Assembly (NCBI GenBank): GCA_035439185.1
Contig: DAORJS010000001.1
Location: forward strand, 1 to 58,005
Direction: 5' to 3'
DNA: 58,005 bases
Origin: Chitinophagaceae bacterium
GTDB lineage: Bacteria; Bacteroidota; Bacteroidia; Chitinophagales; Chitinophagaceae
Positions 57,263 through 58,005 of this stretch are shown here, piece by piece. The translations under genes and the position numbers were made by a program. Under the pieces are notes generated by a model. It did no database searches and was not told the DNA's origin. It saw nothing but the letters and a program-made list of their open reading frames with translations. Numbering within the stretch: the first letter of the stretch is position 1; every line of letters begins with the position of its first letter.

Positions 57263-58005
57263 ATGAATAGTCTCCGACTGCCAAAACTGCTGCTATGGGT
57301 TGTATGTATGCTGTTCTCGGTGCTGTCTTTCGCACAGGAAAGAACGGTTACCGGAAAAGTGACTGACCCCACTGGCAAGCCCATGGAAGGTGTTAGTGTT
57401 AAAGTAAAAAACACCACCAATGGAACCACCACCAATGCGGATGGTGTGTTTACCATTAAAGTCCCATCTTCAGAGTCCATTATCAGTGTAACCAGTGTAG
57501 GGTACCTGATTTACGAAGCCAAAGCCGGTACAGGCAACACATTTAATGTGCAAATGACCTTACTGGAAAAAACCATGGAAGATGTAGTGGTGGTCGGATA
57601 CGGCACTAAAAAAAGAATCAATGTACAGGGTGCTGTTGCTACCATCAAAGGATCGGAGATCGAAGATATTCCGGTGGCCAACCTGCCTTCATCCCTCGTA
57701 AACCGTATTCCGGGTGTGGGGGTGAACTTCAGTTCCGGTAAACCTGGTTCTACTACCACATTAAATATCCGGAATGCCACAACTTTTCCGGGAGCACCTA
57801 CTGGTGTAACCAATCAGCCACTGATTGTAATCGATGGAATTATTGCCAATCCTACTCAATGGGCACAGTCACCGAATGCAGACTGGTTTGATAACCTGGA
57901 TGCCAGTCAGATAGAGGATATCACCTTCCTGAAAGATGCTTCTGCCGCCATCTATGGGGCAGCCGGCGCAAAAGGGGTGGTATTAATTACTACTAAAAAA
58001 GGAAA
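57263..58005 (+). CDS. susC: SusC/RagA TonB-dependent transporter, 5' part (runs off the window end)
   Basis: Translated by hand from ATG 57263: MNSLRLPKLLLWVVCMLFSVLSFAQERTVTGKVTD...VVVVGYG...PLIVIDG...LKDASAAIYGAAGAKGVVLITTKKG. Absent from the ORF track because it has no stop codon in the window. Confidence 0.93.
   Translation, partial: MNSLRLPKLLLWVVCMLFSVLSFAQERTVTGKVTDPTGKPMEGVSVKVKNTTNGTTTNADGVFTIKVPSSESIISVTSVGYLIYEAKAGTGNTFNVQMTLLEKTMEDVVVVGYGTKKRINVQGAVATIKGSEIEDIPVANLPSSLVNRIPGVGVNFSSGKPGSTTTLNIRNATTFPGAPTGVTNQPLIVIDGIIANPTQWAQSPNADWFDNLDASQIEDITFLKDASAAIYGAAGAKGVVLITTKKG

Overview
Bacteroidetes (Chitinophagaceae-like, judged from SusC/SusD pairs, TAnnTTTG promoters and gene content) chromosomal window with three parts. 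(1) 1-13.5 kb is a mixed region: a UvrD-type helicase fused to an Fe-S PD-(D/E)XK nuclease, an unexplained two-gene module (putative Cys-His papain-like enzyme plus a stand-alone paralog of its own N-terminal domain), SRPBCC, GH20, TPR and VOC genes, tRNA-Arg(CCT) followed by a partial duplication of itself, a large secreted beta-propeller protein, DUF2805 and a flavin reductase, with several small intergenic repeats. (2) 13.7-32.7 kb is a sialoglycan utilisation locus: GntR/FadR regulator, SusC/SusD, nanA, nanM, nanT, GH33, AGE epimerase, sialate O-acetylesterase, GH27, GH2 and an SGNH-GH20 fusion. (3) 33-58 kb is a rhamnogalacturonan-II (RG-II)-type pectin locus: PL1, GH138, GH95, GH2-malectin, GH78, GH2, DUF3826 and a truncated SusC. 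It is headed by an unusual cytoplasmic module (MaoC dehydratase, a signal-less orphan solute-binding-fold protein, a tandem-fused double family III CoA-transferase, a lactonase and a Gfo/Idh/MocA dehydrogenase) that may be an undescribed CoA-dependent route for a rare pectin sugar. All family calls come from motif recognition by eye; no searches were run.
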